A stretch of 33,475 bases of DNA from a virus (taxonomy: Duplodnaviria > Caudoviricetes), in IMG/VR virus record IMGVR_UViG_3300032040_000036, positions 1 to 33,475 of that record; one strand, given 5' to 3'. Below the pieces are notes generated by a model, which was given only the letters and a program-made list of their open reading frames with translations, searched no databases and was not told where the DNA came from. Both the position numbers and the translations under genes were made by a program. The first letter of the stretch is position 1, and every line of letters begins with the position of its first letter. This document shows positions 1 through 9,287 of this stretch, one piece after another.

Positions 1-1
1 C

Positions 2-31
2 AAAAAAGCCCTGAATAATCAGGGCTTTTTT
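2..31. terminator. Bidirectional intrinsic terminator downstream of the tRNA 3' fragment
   Basis: AAAAAAGCCCTGA-ATAA-TCAGGGCTTTTTT perfect inverted repeat. Confidence 0.85.
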
Positions 32-38
32 CATTGTA

Positions 39-62
39 TGGCGGAGAGAGAGGGATTCGAAC
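39..62 (-). repeat. att core: duplicated 3' end of tRNA-Ser (T-loop to CCA); not a complete tRNA
   Basis: Reverse complement is GTTCGAATCCCTCTCTCTCCGCCA; no matching 5' acceptor strand about 90 nt upstream. Confidence 0.85.
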
Positions 63-157
63 GCTCTACCGCGCCTTCTCAGTCCGTTGCAGGCCGCATT
101 ATGCCAAGCATCTTGCCCTGCTGCCAAGCCAATAACGGACTGCGCCGGACCCCGTAG

Positions 158-177
158 TGCCCTAAATTTGCCCTAAA
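158..177. promoter_or_regulatory. Putative integrase arm-type binding sites
   Basis: TGCCCTAAA at 158-166 and 169-177, 11-bp period, ~100 bp inside the att core. Confidence 0.6.
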
Positions 178-249
178 CAATCCAGGCCTTAGCGCACTTG
201 CACCCCATGCAGGCGGCACTATACACCTACGCGGTTGATTGTAAAGGGA

Positions 250-276
250 AACCGCCCTTTTCAGAGCGGCCTTTTT
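250..276. terminator. Hairpin/terminator at the end of the late operon
   Basis: AACCGCCCT-TTTC-AGAGCGGCC followed by TTTTT. Confidence 0.55.
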
Positions 277-306
277 CTTCCATTTTGAGCATTTCGCCAC
301 GTTTAG

Positions 307-319
307 AATCAATGACTTA
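307..319 (+). promoter_or_regulatory. IHF binding site in the att arm
   Basis: AATCAATGACTTA is an exact match to WATCAANNNNTTR. Confidence 0.55.
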
Positions 320-745
320 CAGATGAGTTTTGCGCACGATCCAGCCGCAAATATCCCCCAGCGATCCAGGGCTATAGCTGCTCGCGCTTGGCAGTCCGAC
401 AGCATTCGCGCACCACTCTGAGCAGAACTCTGCGCCCTTCACCGGGCGATTGAGATTGAGCAGCTGCGACGTAATCAGCGAAGGCCACCCGTAGCGGTAG
501 TGATCTGTCTGCGCGAAGTAGTGCTGCACATCGTCAGCACTCGCCCAAGGCATCTCGATCAGATCCCACTTTTCAGGATTGAGGTCTATGCGCTTGCGGC
601 GCACGCCTTTGTCCATGACTGAAGACGAATAGCACCAGCCGTCCACGACAATCTCGCAGTGGCTGTAATAGCTTCCTGTCCACCACTGGATAGCGCGGGC
701 AGACAGGCGCCTGTCATGCTTGCGTAGTGCAAGCTGGACGTTCAT
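317..745 (-). CDS. Circularly permuted papain-like (NlpC/P60, YiiX/YaeF-type) protein
   Basis: His motif YSHCEI precedes Cys motif FCSEW; start moved to MNVQL because of the ATGA overlap with the upstream stop. Confidence 0.7.
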   Translation of the reverse strand: MNVQLALRKHDRRLSARAIQWWTGSYYSHCEIVVDGWCYSSSVMDKGVRRKRIDLNPEKWDLIEMPWASADDVQHYFAQTDHYRYGWPSLITSQLLNLNRPVKGAEFCSEWCANAVGLPSASSYSPGSLGDICGWIVRKTHL

Positions 746-1095
746 GCCGCACCTTCCGGCACAGGTGATGGCGGCCATTCGATCACCGGCAGCGCTTCGA
801 TCAGTTCAGCCTCAGTCGGAACAGGGCGAAGACCACGCTTGACCTCGGACATGATCTGATAGGCGGCCATGTTGCAGGCGTCCATCCAGGCGGCGAACGT
901 CTGGCCCTCGGCTTGAAATGGGCCGGGATAGCCTGCGCGCAAAGAGCAGGTGAAGCGGTCATCGTAGCTGCGCTGGCCGGCCACTTGATTTAGGTGGTCG
1001 CTCAGTGCGGCAGTTAATCTGGACTGCATGCCTTGCGCAAAAGATATAGCGGACTCGCTGGCAAGCTGCTCTGCTGTCTTGAAGTTTTTAAACAT
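742..1095 (-). CDS. Phage protein, putative tail fibre assembly/chaperone
   Basis: 117 aa, downstream of the fibre gene, ends with ELIEALPVIEWP as typical of fibre-associated proteins. Confidence 0.55.
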   Translation of the reverse strand: MFKNFKTAEQLASESAISFAQGMQSRLTAALSDHLNQVAGQRSYDDRFTCSLRAGYPGPFQAEGQTFAAWMDACNMAAYQIMSEVKRGLRPVPTEAELIEALPVIEWPPSPVPEGAA

Positions 1096-1405
1096 CGGCG
1101 GGCTCCTGCTCTAATGGCTTCCAGATGATAGGGCTAGGCATCACGCCATCAGTAACCTCTAGCACATAATCCGATAGCTCGGTTGATTGATTTGGTTCGG
1201 CCAGCGAGCCGTCATATTCATATCGTATTGTGACCTCTTCTCGGGTCACTATCCCGACAAGCGGGCTATCATCTTCTGCCTCCGCCTGACCTCCTTCAGG
1301 GATGACAGAAAGATCTATTTCTTTGCCGTCTACCGTCAGAACCAAACCACTAATGCTGACGCGGGTTGTCCGGGTAGAGCATATTGGCGAGCACGTAATT
1401 TTCAT
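1088..1405 (-). CDS. Tail fibre-associated hypothetical protein
   Basis: Acidic ORF starting MKITCSP directly after the fibre gene and overlapping the next gene. Confidence 0.6.
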   Translation of the reverse strand: MKITCSPICSTRTTRVSISGLVLTVDGKEIDLSVIPEGGQAEAEDDSPLVGIVTREEVTIRYEYDGSLAEPNQSTELSDYVLEVTDGVMPSPIIWKPLEQEPADV

Positions 1406-1416
1406 ATTTTTTCTCA

Positions 1417-3453
1417 CTAATACCATGTTCCGACAGCGGAAACATATTTAAGGGACGCGAAGGATGCATGGCTATACAGGCCGCTTAACTCCAAAGTGCA
1501 ACTGCTCCCGGTAATAGTTCGGACCTGTGCAGAGGATATTGATACCGCTACGTTTTGTGCGGAAGATGGCGTGATCGTCGGTGGGTTCGCAAAGTTTATA
1601 GGGTAGTTCCATGTTACGGTCTGGCCATAAACGGTCAGCCCTTGGATCGTGACTGTGCTATCAATAACGGTCGAAAACGTGTAGTTCCTCCACGTATTTG
1701 CAGTACCATCTGCAAAACGTACAAAGAACCCGTTCCCATTGCTTCCGCGCTCAACCTCACGCTGCAAAATCCAGAAAGTCCCGTTGAACGTGGCAACAGT
1801 GTCTACGTCGGTCCTTATATAGCCGGCTGGAAGCGCGACGTTAGTTACAGTCCTGCACGCTGTAATCCCCCTCCCGTCCCAGTTTATTGTCGCGGCCCCC
1901 GTGTTGGCGCTTGAAGCCCGGAATCGCACTTGATCCCCCACAGCCAGGGCTGTTTTTGGCGTGTATCTTGCTGCGGTGGTTAAGATCAGCGCGTCTGCTG
2001 TTCCGCTCGTTGCGGCATAGGGCGAGCCTTCATTAACTGCCAGCGCAGTCCGCCCCGCAGCAGCATCAGCACTCGCAACCAAGCTGCGACCGAACGAGCT
2101 GGTAACACTTAGCCATTGGGCATAGATAGCCTGCCCTACGCGCTGTGCAGTCCAGGCTCGACGATCTGTTGCGATGCCTGCTTCTGCGTCGACCTGAGTC
2201 ACAGTGGGGGCGGTCCATTCGCGGGCGTCGGTGAATCTTGCGTCGTCGGTATTGGCCTTGAGGTTCAGTGCTGCGTTTACTGTTCCGTTATTGGGCAGCT
2301 CTGCGTCTGCAGTGCCAACATTGACCGTCGCAGCAGTACCCAAATCCGACAGGTCAAGCGTCAGAAGCTCCCACACTGCCGCCCCTGCTGCTGCATTGAG
2401 GCAGGTCCATACCTCGTTTGTAGCGGTATTGATCCACTTCGATAACGGCTGATAGCCTGCCGCGCTGTCGTCTGTAGCGGAAGGGTCAGTGATTGCGGCT
2501 GTGTTGTTGAGCACTCGTAGCGCGTACTGGACGTGCGGGTCTGGCAGGGCGACGTGCGCAGATACGGCCTCGCTTGCAGCGTTGATCGGATCAAACCGAT
2601 TATCGGCCTCCAGCTTGGTATACCGATCAGCCAGAGCCAGCGTCACCTGCTGCACAAAGGCCAGATAGTCGTCGACATCCACCTTGTCACCGAACAGCGC
2701 CATCAGGTCAGCTTGGGTCGTAATGTCGCCCGCGATGCTGCCCCATGGACGATTGAGCGGATCGGTCATAATCTCTGTGCCGTCTTCCAGCACAATGACC
2801 AATCGCCCATCTGCGTCGAAGTCGGCAGAGGCTACGGTGGGGCCGGGCGGGCCACGGTCTGCGCCGATGACTGCGAAGCCTTGGCAAGTTGCGGGTGTAG
2901 TGCCTGCTGCTACGGCAGTGATAGCGCCTGCGTACACGCGCAATACATCCCCCGCGCCAAGCTGAACATCGAGCGTGTATTGCAGTTCAGTCCAGTCCAG
3001 CGCCTCGGTCTGCTCGTCAGTCAGTACGACATCCACCCAGCCGGCAGCGTCAACGGTGACCGGCAGCGTGCCGACCTCTGCGCCTTTGTTGTACAGGGTC
3101 AGCGTTGCCGTTGCGCCGGTGAGCGCCAAGGGCGGGTGATACTGGATCTGCCCACCCTGTGGAGCCAAGCCGAGCGCGTTGATGGTGTTGATCTCCAGCG
3201 TATTAGCATCAACCACGCGGACAAAGTGCGGAGCCTGTTGCGGCGCGGCACGGTTGAGCGCGGGCATCTGTCGCACGCCACTGATCCAGACCGGCCAATC
3301 AGTCGGCAGGCCATGCTCGACGGTCAGCTGTACGGGGGCTGTGGCGCCTATAGCCGTGATAGGTAGATAGACAAAGCTGGGCCGCATGACGCGCAGACGG
3401 GCACGAAACGTCGCGCCCCGGTGTATGACCAGGGCGAGCTGTGTTGGCTGCAT
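1417..3453 (-). CDS. Tail fibre protein
   Basis: 678 aa, Ala/Thr-rich; HVALPDPHVQY fibre motif; C-terminal ERGSNGNGFFVRFADGT...AVGTWY tip domain. Confidence 0.85.
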   Translation of the reverse strand: MQPTQLALVIHRGATFRARLRVMRPSFVYLPITAIGATAPVQLTVEHGLPTDWPVWISGVRQMPALNRAAPQQAPHFVRVVDANTLEINTINALGLAPQGGQIQYHPPLALTGATATLTLYNKGAEVGTLPVTVDAAGWVDVVLTDEQTEALDWTELQYTLDVQLGAGDVLRVYAGAITAVAAGTTPATCQGFAVIGADRGPPGPTVASADFDADGRLVIVLEDGTEIMTDPLNRPWGSIAGDITTQADLMALFGDKVDVDDYLAFVQQVTLALADRYTKLEADNRFDPINAASEAVSAHVALPDPHVQYALRVLNNTAAITDPSATDDSAAGYQPLSKWINTATNEVWTCLNAAAGAAVWELLTLDLSDLGTAATVNVGTADAELPNNGTVNAALNLKANTDDARFTDAREWTAPTVTQVDAEAGIATDRRAWTAQRVGQAIYAQWLSVTSSFGRSLVASADAAAGRTALAVNEGSPYAATSGTADALILTTAARYTPKTALAVGDQVRFRASSANTGAATINWDGRGITACRTVTNVALPAGYIRTDVDTVATFNGTFWILQREVERGSNGNGFFVRFADGTANTWRNYTFSTVIDSTVTIQGLTVYGQTVTWNYPINFANPPTITPSSAQNVAVSISSAQVRTITGSSCTLELSGLYSHASFASLKYVSAVGTWY

Positions 3454-3480
3454 GTAGGGTGTCTCCGAGTGATGAGCGGG

Positions 3481-4848
3481 TTACGGCAGAGTGATGGGGG
3501 TGCCTGATTCGATATTGGCCAGCGTGCCCACATAGGACCAATCAGCAGAGCTATAGGCATGCAGGCCGACTGAGCAAGCGATATACAGCCGATCACCGCC
3601 AGGACTCCAGGCAACTTGCTGTCCGGCCCATGCTGATGCGTCGTAATCCGTCGCGGGGCTGATGCGAATATCTGTGCCGGGGCTGGCAAAATCCAGAATC
3701 ACGCAGGACACGGCAACGCCGTCGAGGTTGCTTTGCACTGCTACCGCGAGCTGCTGAAAGTTAACCGGGTTGAACGCCATGCGCACAGTCATGTCGCCGC
3801 CGACAGAGGGCTGATCGTAACCTGAGAAGGTCGCAAGCACTGACCAGTTCGACGTGTCGATGATGCGGATCGACTCTTCAAAAGTGCCGAAATTGTAAGA
3901 CCGAACCGCAGCAGCAGCGCCATCGGCTGAAAGGGCAAACTGGTTGATGTCCTCGTCGAGCAGGTTATCAATGAACGCGAAGGTCGAGCCGTTGTAGCGG
4001 TTGATGCCGGAAGTGGTCGGCACATACAAATAGGTGCCATCGGGAGAAAAGATCGGCATGGCCGAAGGGCTGACGCTTGGCATGGATCCATCACCACCAA
4101 GCGCAAGCTGCAACGGTGGCGCAGCCAGTGGGTCAAAGTTGAATGGCTTGATGTAGGTGCCGTCTTTTACCGCCAGCACCACAGAGCCATCAGCCTTCCA
4201 TGCTGCGCCGCTGCCTGCTGATACGGCTGTCGATGAGGTGAAGCCAGCGAATCCAGGGTCAGCAAATAATTGCAAACTTGTTCCATTGGGCGGGAACGCG
4301 GCCACCATACCCTCGGCAGCTGAATAGCCAAGCACGCCGGGCAGCAGATTAGTCAGCAGCGATTCCCATGCATCAACCACCACCAGATCACCTGTCACCA
4401 GATCGATGACCGCAGCCTTGCGCACGCTGTCAGTCGTGTCGGTATAGGCCACGAACAGACGCCCGCTCGATGCGCCGCCGAAGCTCTGCCCGCCAGCCGC
4501 ATCAATCCATGTGACATCAAAATCCGTATCAGAGGCTTTGGCCAGCAGTTGCCCCGCTGTGCCACCGGCAGGCAGTAACCGCGCAAACATTGCCTGCAAT
4601 AGTCCAGCAGTGAGCGCGCAATAGATCACGCTGCCGGATGACCACAGTTGATCGGTCGTGCCTTCCAGCCCGCGCTCAAGCGTAGCAGTGCCGCCAGAAA
4701 CAACGGCGCCCACTATCTCCCATGCCGTGCCAGCTGTGGCGCTGTCGGTCAATGTCAGCCTGTATTCACCGTCAGGCAAAGTCAGCGCGAGCGATGTCGC
4801 CCCCATGGCCAGTGTCACCGGCTGGGAAAAGTTGTTTACAAAGTTCAT
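3481..4848 (-). CDS. Tail-tip/receptor-binding protein with probable beta-propeller
   Basis: Repeated FSPDG/LSADG/FNPVN/WSPGG blade-like motifs after a GGTAGQLLAKASDTDFDVTWID linker. Confidence 0.65.
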   Translation of the reverse strand: MNFVNNFSQPVTLAMGATSLALTLPDGEYRLTLTDSATAGTAWEIVGAVVSGGTATLERGLEGTTDQLWSSGSVIYCALTAGLLQAMFARLLPAGGTAGQLLAKASDTDFDVTWIDAAGGQSFGGASSGRLFVAYTDTTDSVRKAAVIDLVTGDLVVVDAWESLLTNLLPGVLGYSAAEGMVAAFPPNGTSLQLFADPGFAGFTSSTAVSAGSGAAWKADGSVVLAVKDGTYIKPFNFDPLAAPPLQLALGGDGSMPSVSPSAMPIFSPDGTYLYVPTTSGINRYNGSTFAFIDNLLDEDINQFALSADGAAAAVRSYNFGTFEESIRIIDTSNWSVLATFSGYDQPSVGGDMTVRMAFNPVNFQQLAVAVQSNLDGVAVSCVILDFASPGTDIRISPATDYDASAWAGQQVAWSPGGDRLYIACSVGLHAYSSADWSYVGTLANIESGTPITLP

Positions 4849-4861
4849 GTGTGCTCCGGTA

Positions 4862-6559
4862 TCAGGTCCAGCAGACGGGTGTTAAAGCTCGGGCCGATTG
4901 GCCGGTGATCGGGTTATAACTGCCATGAGCGATGGAAAAGGGCGACCACTGCGAATTGCCCAGCGTGGTTAGCTGATCCAGCGTGACCGGCCCATCAGGG
5001 TTGCCGACTTCCGGCAGGTGAATGTATTGATACTGCCCTGCGCCTAGATCCCTGCGAATAACTACAAAGCCGAACAACCCATTACTCAGGCGCAAGAACC
5101 GAAGGCTCTGCTGGTCCTGCGCGGGTGATCCGTCTGTGATGGTGCGGTCAGCGTTGAACCACCAGCCGTTGCTGCGAACCTCCAGTGCATAGATCCGCTG
5201 ATCGATTACCACTCCCCCGGTGTTGACGACTAACCCTGTAAAGCCTGCCGAGGGCGGCGCGTTATAGGTGCCGGTGCCGCCAGGTACGCAGGCATAGGTG
5301 CTGGACCGGGTGCCTTGTCGTGTTTCGCCCTCACCTTCCAGGCCGCGCACATAGGTGAATGTGCTTGTGCCGGACTTTGTGTCGCTCATTACCTGGCGGG
5401 TAATCTCGGCGCCATCAAAGCGGACAACAATAGTAGCGACATTCTCAAAGGTCGCAGACTGTTGAGCTGTCGCCCTGCCCCGCTGCTCCTGGGTGATGAC
5501 CTGCTCGCAGACGCCGGCCCCGGACACCACGTCATAGGCCCGGATGTAGCTTGTGTTTGTTGAAAGCGATATAGCGCCGGCATTGATGGTGCGCACCAGA
5601 GAGACATCAACTGTCACCTGCCGGATGATTCCATCCTCGCCATAGCGCAGGCCGACAATGACGCCCTCTTGCGTCCTTATGGCGATCTGCTCGCCCGGTG
5701 TTGGACTGCCGCTCAGTGTCTCTATAAGCGTGCCGCCCGCGTTGACTGTTGATAGCGTGTAGCTGATCTCTCGACGGTAGCTGCCCGAGCAATCAGGGAA
5801 TGTGTTAACGGTCGTATCCGTCTCAACATCAGTGGCAATGATGTATCGGCTCGATTGCGCGATTGAATTAAAGTTATCGCTGCGCGTCAGCGTGCCTGCT
5901 GTGGTCGCCGCATCTCGGATCAAGGCGACGCTGATCACGCACGCATCGGCAGGACCGGACAGGCTCAGCTCAATCCATGCCAGCGCGGCAAATTCGGTAT
6001 AGGTTGAAATCTGCGCGAAGAGTCCGAACACTGCAGCCTGCCCTTGCGGGTGCGCGTGGAACATCCTCACCAACACTTCGGAAGGCTGCTTGCTGTGAAA
6101 AGTACATTGAGCCGTCAGGTCTGGCACTGCCACGGTATAGCTATGTTCTTCTGCTGCGACTCCGAACAGGCCAAAGCGGCGCAAGGTGACTGTCACGCTA
6201 GTGGCCGCAGCAGATCCGCTGTGCAGGTTGGTATTGACCAGCCACTTGCTGCTGTCCGGGGCGACGTAAATCATCCCGGCGTTGCCAATCTCGGTGCCGT
6301 GGATCTGGTCGCCGGCTATGATCGCCTGACTGAGCCACTGCTTGCCCTGATCAATATCTGCTGTCTGTTGCTCCAGGGTTCTAACGGCGCCCGGCGCATC
6401 AGGCAGATCAATCAGGTGCGTGTGTCCACGCTCAAACGCCAGGCCCGAAGGCTGGCGGCAGGTCAGCGTATCGGCATTGGGCAGCGTCAGCAGGCCGTCC
6501 TTGATCAATCCGTGGTACGGGCAACCAAACTGGCCCAGCTTGCTTAACGTGTTATTCAT
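4862..6559 (-). CDS. Virion tail-tip protein (565 aa)
   Basis: Long Thr/Ser/Gly-rich ORF, translationally coupled within the tail operon. Confidence 0.65.
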   Translation of the reverse strand: MNNTLSKLGQFGCPYHGLIKDGLLTLPNADTLTCRQPSGLAFERGHTHLIDLPDAPGAVRTLEQQTADIDQGKQWLSQAIIAGDQIHGTEIGNAGMIYVAPDSSKWLVNTNLHSGSAAATSVTVTLRRFGLFGVAAEEHSYTVAVPDLTAQCTFHSKQPSEVLVRMFHAHPQGQAAVFGLFAQISTYTEFAALAWIELSLSGPADACVISVALIRDAATTAGTLTRSDNFNSIAQSSRYIIATDVETDTTVNTFPDCSGSYRREISYTLSTVNAGGTLIETLSGSPTPGEQIAIRTQEGVIVGLRYGEDGIIRQVTVDVSLVRTINAGAISLSTNTSYIRAYDVVSGAGVCEQVITQEQRGRATAQQSATFENVATIVVRFDGAEITRQVMSDTKSGTSTFTYVRGLEGEGETRQGTRSSTYACVPGGTGTYNAPPSAGFTGLVVNTGGVVIDQRIYALEVRSNGWWFNADRTITDGSPAQDQQSLRFLRLSNGLFGFVVIRRDLGAGQYQYIHLPEVGNPDGPVTLDQLTTLGNSQWSPFSIAHGSYNPITGQSARALTPVCWT

Positions 6560-7062
6560 GGGGCCGGATCTGCCACGAAGTACGGATCAGCAAAGCGGAA
6601 CTCTGCCGGGTCGCCATTCGCATCACGCAGCCTGATAGTCTTGATCGGCTCAATCTCCCACACGAACAGGCCGTCAGAGCTGACCATCTGTGTCGCGTCG
6701 TGATAGGTGCGCTGCAATACCGGATCAGCTGGGCTGGCCGGGTCAGCCGTATCACCTTCAGTCAGTGGGCTGGCTAATCCGCTGCCGGTGCCGCCCTTGC
6801 CTGGCTGCTGATTCACTTCGGCATAGCCCCGCGCAGCAGGTATCGAGCCTCTTGGCTCCACGCGGGTCAGTCTCGGCGGTTGACGCTCAGGCACAGCCAA
6901 CGCTTGCAGACCTTCAATCAATCCCTTGGTCTGGCGTTGCGCTCTGGCTGTTAGGTTGCCGCGTATTCTGTCGGTGCGCTCGTTGTTATTGCTGGCAAGA
7001 TTCGCGGCCCTGCTGTTCAGGTTGCCGCGTATCCGGCCAGCTCTTTCGTCGGGTGATGCCAC
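6556..7062 (-). CDS. Tail-tip hypothetical protein (168 aa)
   Basis: Fills the gap between tail genes; ATGA overlap with the next gene. Confidence 0.65.
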   Translation of the reverse strand: MASPDERAGRIRGNLNSRAANLASNNNERTDRIRGNLTARAQRQTKGLIEGLQALAVPERQPPRLTRVEPRGSIPAARGYAEVNQQPGKGGTGSGLASPLTEGDTADPASPADPVLQRTYHDATQMVSSDGLFVWEIEPIKTIRLRDANGDPAEFRFADPYFVADPAP

Positions 7063-7064
7063 GA

Positions 7065-8783
7065 TTAAACCTCCAGTACGTCAACGGGTGGCGCTACTCG
7101 AATAATCACCGGCTGCTCGGCCACTGCCTCGTCACGCCACTGCGCGGGTATCTCTGGCGTAGGTACAGCAAAGCGGCGCGGGTATCTCAGCGACGGGTCG
7201 CCGTTGCCGATGGAATAACTTCCCGCAAAGCCTGTCAGCGCGTCGTTGTATGGCGGGCTGGATATGCGCAAACCGATCTGCGTATCAAGCGTGCTCTCGA
7301 TCACCGGGGCGACCTCATCCACGAAAGCAGGCGGCGCGGGCAATTGCAGTGCGTCAGATACGGCAGCAGCATCACCCTGTCCGACCGCAATGCTGATGGT
7401 CAGCAGCGCAGCACCGCTATCAATATCCGCCTCTTCAGATAGCGCAATCACCGTACCTGTCACCATGGCGCCCTGGTCGCTCAGCTTCAGGCGTTGCCCA
7501 AAGTCCACAGCCAAGGCATGTGCAAGCGGGATCTGCCAGCTGACTGTTGACTGTCGCTGCGCCTGGAGCAGTTGAGCCCGCGCACGCAGCAAGCCAGTCG
7601 AAGCCGCAGCATCAAGTCGCTCTTGATCGCGCCGGGGTAGCTGGTCCAGCGGGTCGTCAGACTCTACCGGCTGATCATCTTCCGTCTCGGTGCTTTGCTC
7701 CCATAGCCGATCTGTATCGGAGTCGGTATCGAGCACGATGCGATCACGCACGATGACCTCGCCCACCGCATCAAGCGCCTCTTGCACTACCAGGCGCACC
7801 CGATAGCGCTCGACGGCTGGCTGAGCCCAGCGCACGGCTGCAACAAAGTCAGCGCCTAGCAGTAGATCAATATTCTCGTTGAACCACGGCTGCGCCAGCT
7901 CAGGCAGGCTGCCGGGTAGTCTGTACCAGCTATCCCAGGTAATGAACCAGCCAGCAGACTCGACCGCATCCGTCACCATCTGAATGTCAGGCAGCTCGGT
8001 GGAATCAGCCCGCCAGGCATTAAAGCCGGTCAGACTGGTGTTGCCGCCCGTACCCGGATGCAGCCAGCTGTAGTCTTGATTTCGCTGACGATAGCGCGGG
8101 AAGCGATAATCGATCTCAAGTTCTAATACGTTCGTTGTTTCGCTCAACGATGACAGCGATATATCAAGGCTCTGATAGATCGTGCTGCCCGGGGCGAAGT
8201 CAAAAGCAATGCCTGCCGGATACCATGGGGTGAGCCTTGGCTGGCCGGCGCGGTCTGCGTTCAATCCTGCCCGGCGCGTGCTCATGCGCTCCTGCGTGTA
8301 TTCCCAGCGTGACCGCCCTGCCGTTTCCTCGAACACGTCCTGCGACCAGCTACCGCCCACGGTCAGATCGATGGCATCAAACTCCATTGCCTCGAACGTA
8401 TCACTCAGGCGCGTGGTGCCGGTGCAGGACAGAATGCGCGTCAGTACATCAAACTCAGGCTGCACAAGAAAGCCAGTGAAGCGGCGGCTGACCACTTCAG
8501 GGTCGCCCAGCACCACGAAGTCAAGCGCGAGCGTCTGCCCGGTATAGCCTCGGATGCTGACAGGATCATCGCCCAGCCACAGATTGAGGGTGGCCACCAT
8601 ATCGCCGTCTTCGGAGCCTTCAACGCGCACCGGGCCGGTCAACTGGTCAGAGACATCAACACCGCCCAAGGTGACAATCCAGCGCCAGACAAAGCCTGTG
8701 CTCGGCGTGATGACAACGGCAGGCGGGATAGCGCTGCCGCCCATACTGTTCAGCGGGCCGCTATTAATCGGCGAGTTGTTCAT
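7065..8783 (-). CDS. Tail-tip / baseplate hub-like protein (572 aa)
   Basis: Second gene after the tape measure; acidic and beta-rich. Confidence 0.6.
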   Translation of the reverse strand: MNNSPINSGPLNSMGGSAIPPAVVITPSTGFVWRWIVTLGGVDVSDQLTGPVRVEGSEDGDMVATLNLWLGDDPVSIRGYTGQTLALDFVVLGDPEVVSRRFTGFLVQPEFDVLTRILSCTGTTRLSDTFEAMEFDAIDLTVGGSWSQDVFEETAGRSRWEYTQERMSTRRAGLNADRAGQPRLTPWYPAGIAFDFAPGSTIYQSLDISLSSLSETTNVLELEIDYRFPRYRQRNQDYSWLHPGTGGNTSLTGFNAWRADSTELPDIQMVTDAVESAGWFITWDSWYRLPGSLPELAQPWFNENIDLLLGADFVAAVRWAQPAVERYRVRLVVQEALDAVGEVIVRDRIVLDTDSDTDRLWEQSTETEDDQPVESDDPLDQLPRRDQERLDAAASTGLLRARAQLLQAQRQSTVSWQIPLAHALAVDFGQRLKLSDQGAMVTGTVIALSEEADIDSGAALLTISIAVGQGDAAAVSDALQLPAPPAFVDEVAPVIESTLDTQIGLRISSPPYNDALTGFAGSYSIGNGDPSLRYPRRFAVPTPEIPAQWRDEAVAEQPVIIRVAPPVDVLEV

Positions 8784-8786
8784 CCG

Positions 8787-9284
8787 TTAAACCTCGCGGC
8801 AGATGATCTGCCAATCGACGGCGCCAGATCCATATCCTTCTTCTGGCGGCTCACACAGTACGGTGAATTGCGGGAACCACGTCAGGGTGTAAACGGATGC
8901 GCCAACGACAGGCGTAATAGTGCCGACCCTGCCAACCATTGAAACGTCTGTGCTGATCCAATCTTCGCCGACCAAAGCCTGAGCGCGCACAGGCTTATCC
9001 GGGCGGCTGTCAGCGGTGATCGTCAGTGTTGAATCAACGCCCGATACCCGCAGCGGAACTGCGCACAGCAGCAGGTGGTAAGCATCCCAATCGAGCGCAT
9101 CAAGGCCGGTGCTGACCCAGCCCGAGCCGCTGATAGTGATCAATCGCTTGGTGAAGCTGCGCATGGGTACGGGCGTGCCGCCGCTCAGTGTTACATCTGT
9201 GCGACCGCCCACATAGCCGTAACTGTGCGCAGGCTCTCCGGTGTGCAGGCTAACCGGGATGCCGCCTAAAACGAGCTGTGTCAT
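8787..9284 (-). CDS. Distal tail-like protein (165 aa)
   Basis: Immediately follows the tape measure; size typical of this position. Confidence 0.55.
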   Translation of the reverse strand: MTQLVLGGIPVSLHTGEPAHSYGYVGGRTDVTLSGGTPVPMRSFTKRLITISGSGWVSTGLDALDWDAYHLLLCAVPLRVSGVDSTLTITADSRPDKPVRAQALVGEDWISTDVSMVGRVGTITPVVGASVYTLTWFPQFTVLCEPPEEGYGSGAVDWQIICREV

Positions 9285-9287
9285 GGT

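Noticed and set aside
39-130. Complete tRNA-Ser gene
   Set aside because: Only the last 24 nt match; the T-stem has a mismatch beyond the core and no 5' acceptor strand is present
1417-1700. Diversity-generating retroelement or invertible fibre tip
   Set aside because: No reverse transcriptase, template repeat, invertase or alternative inverted tip seen in the window
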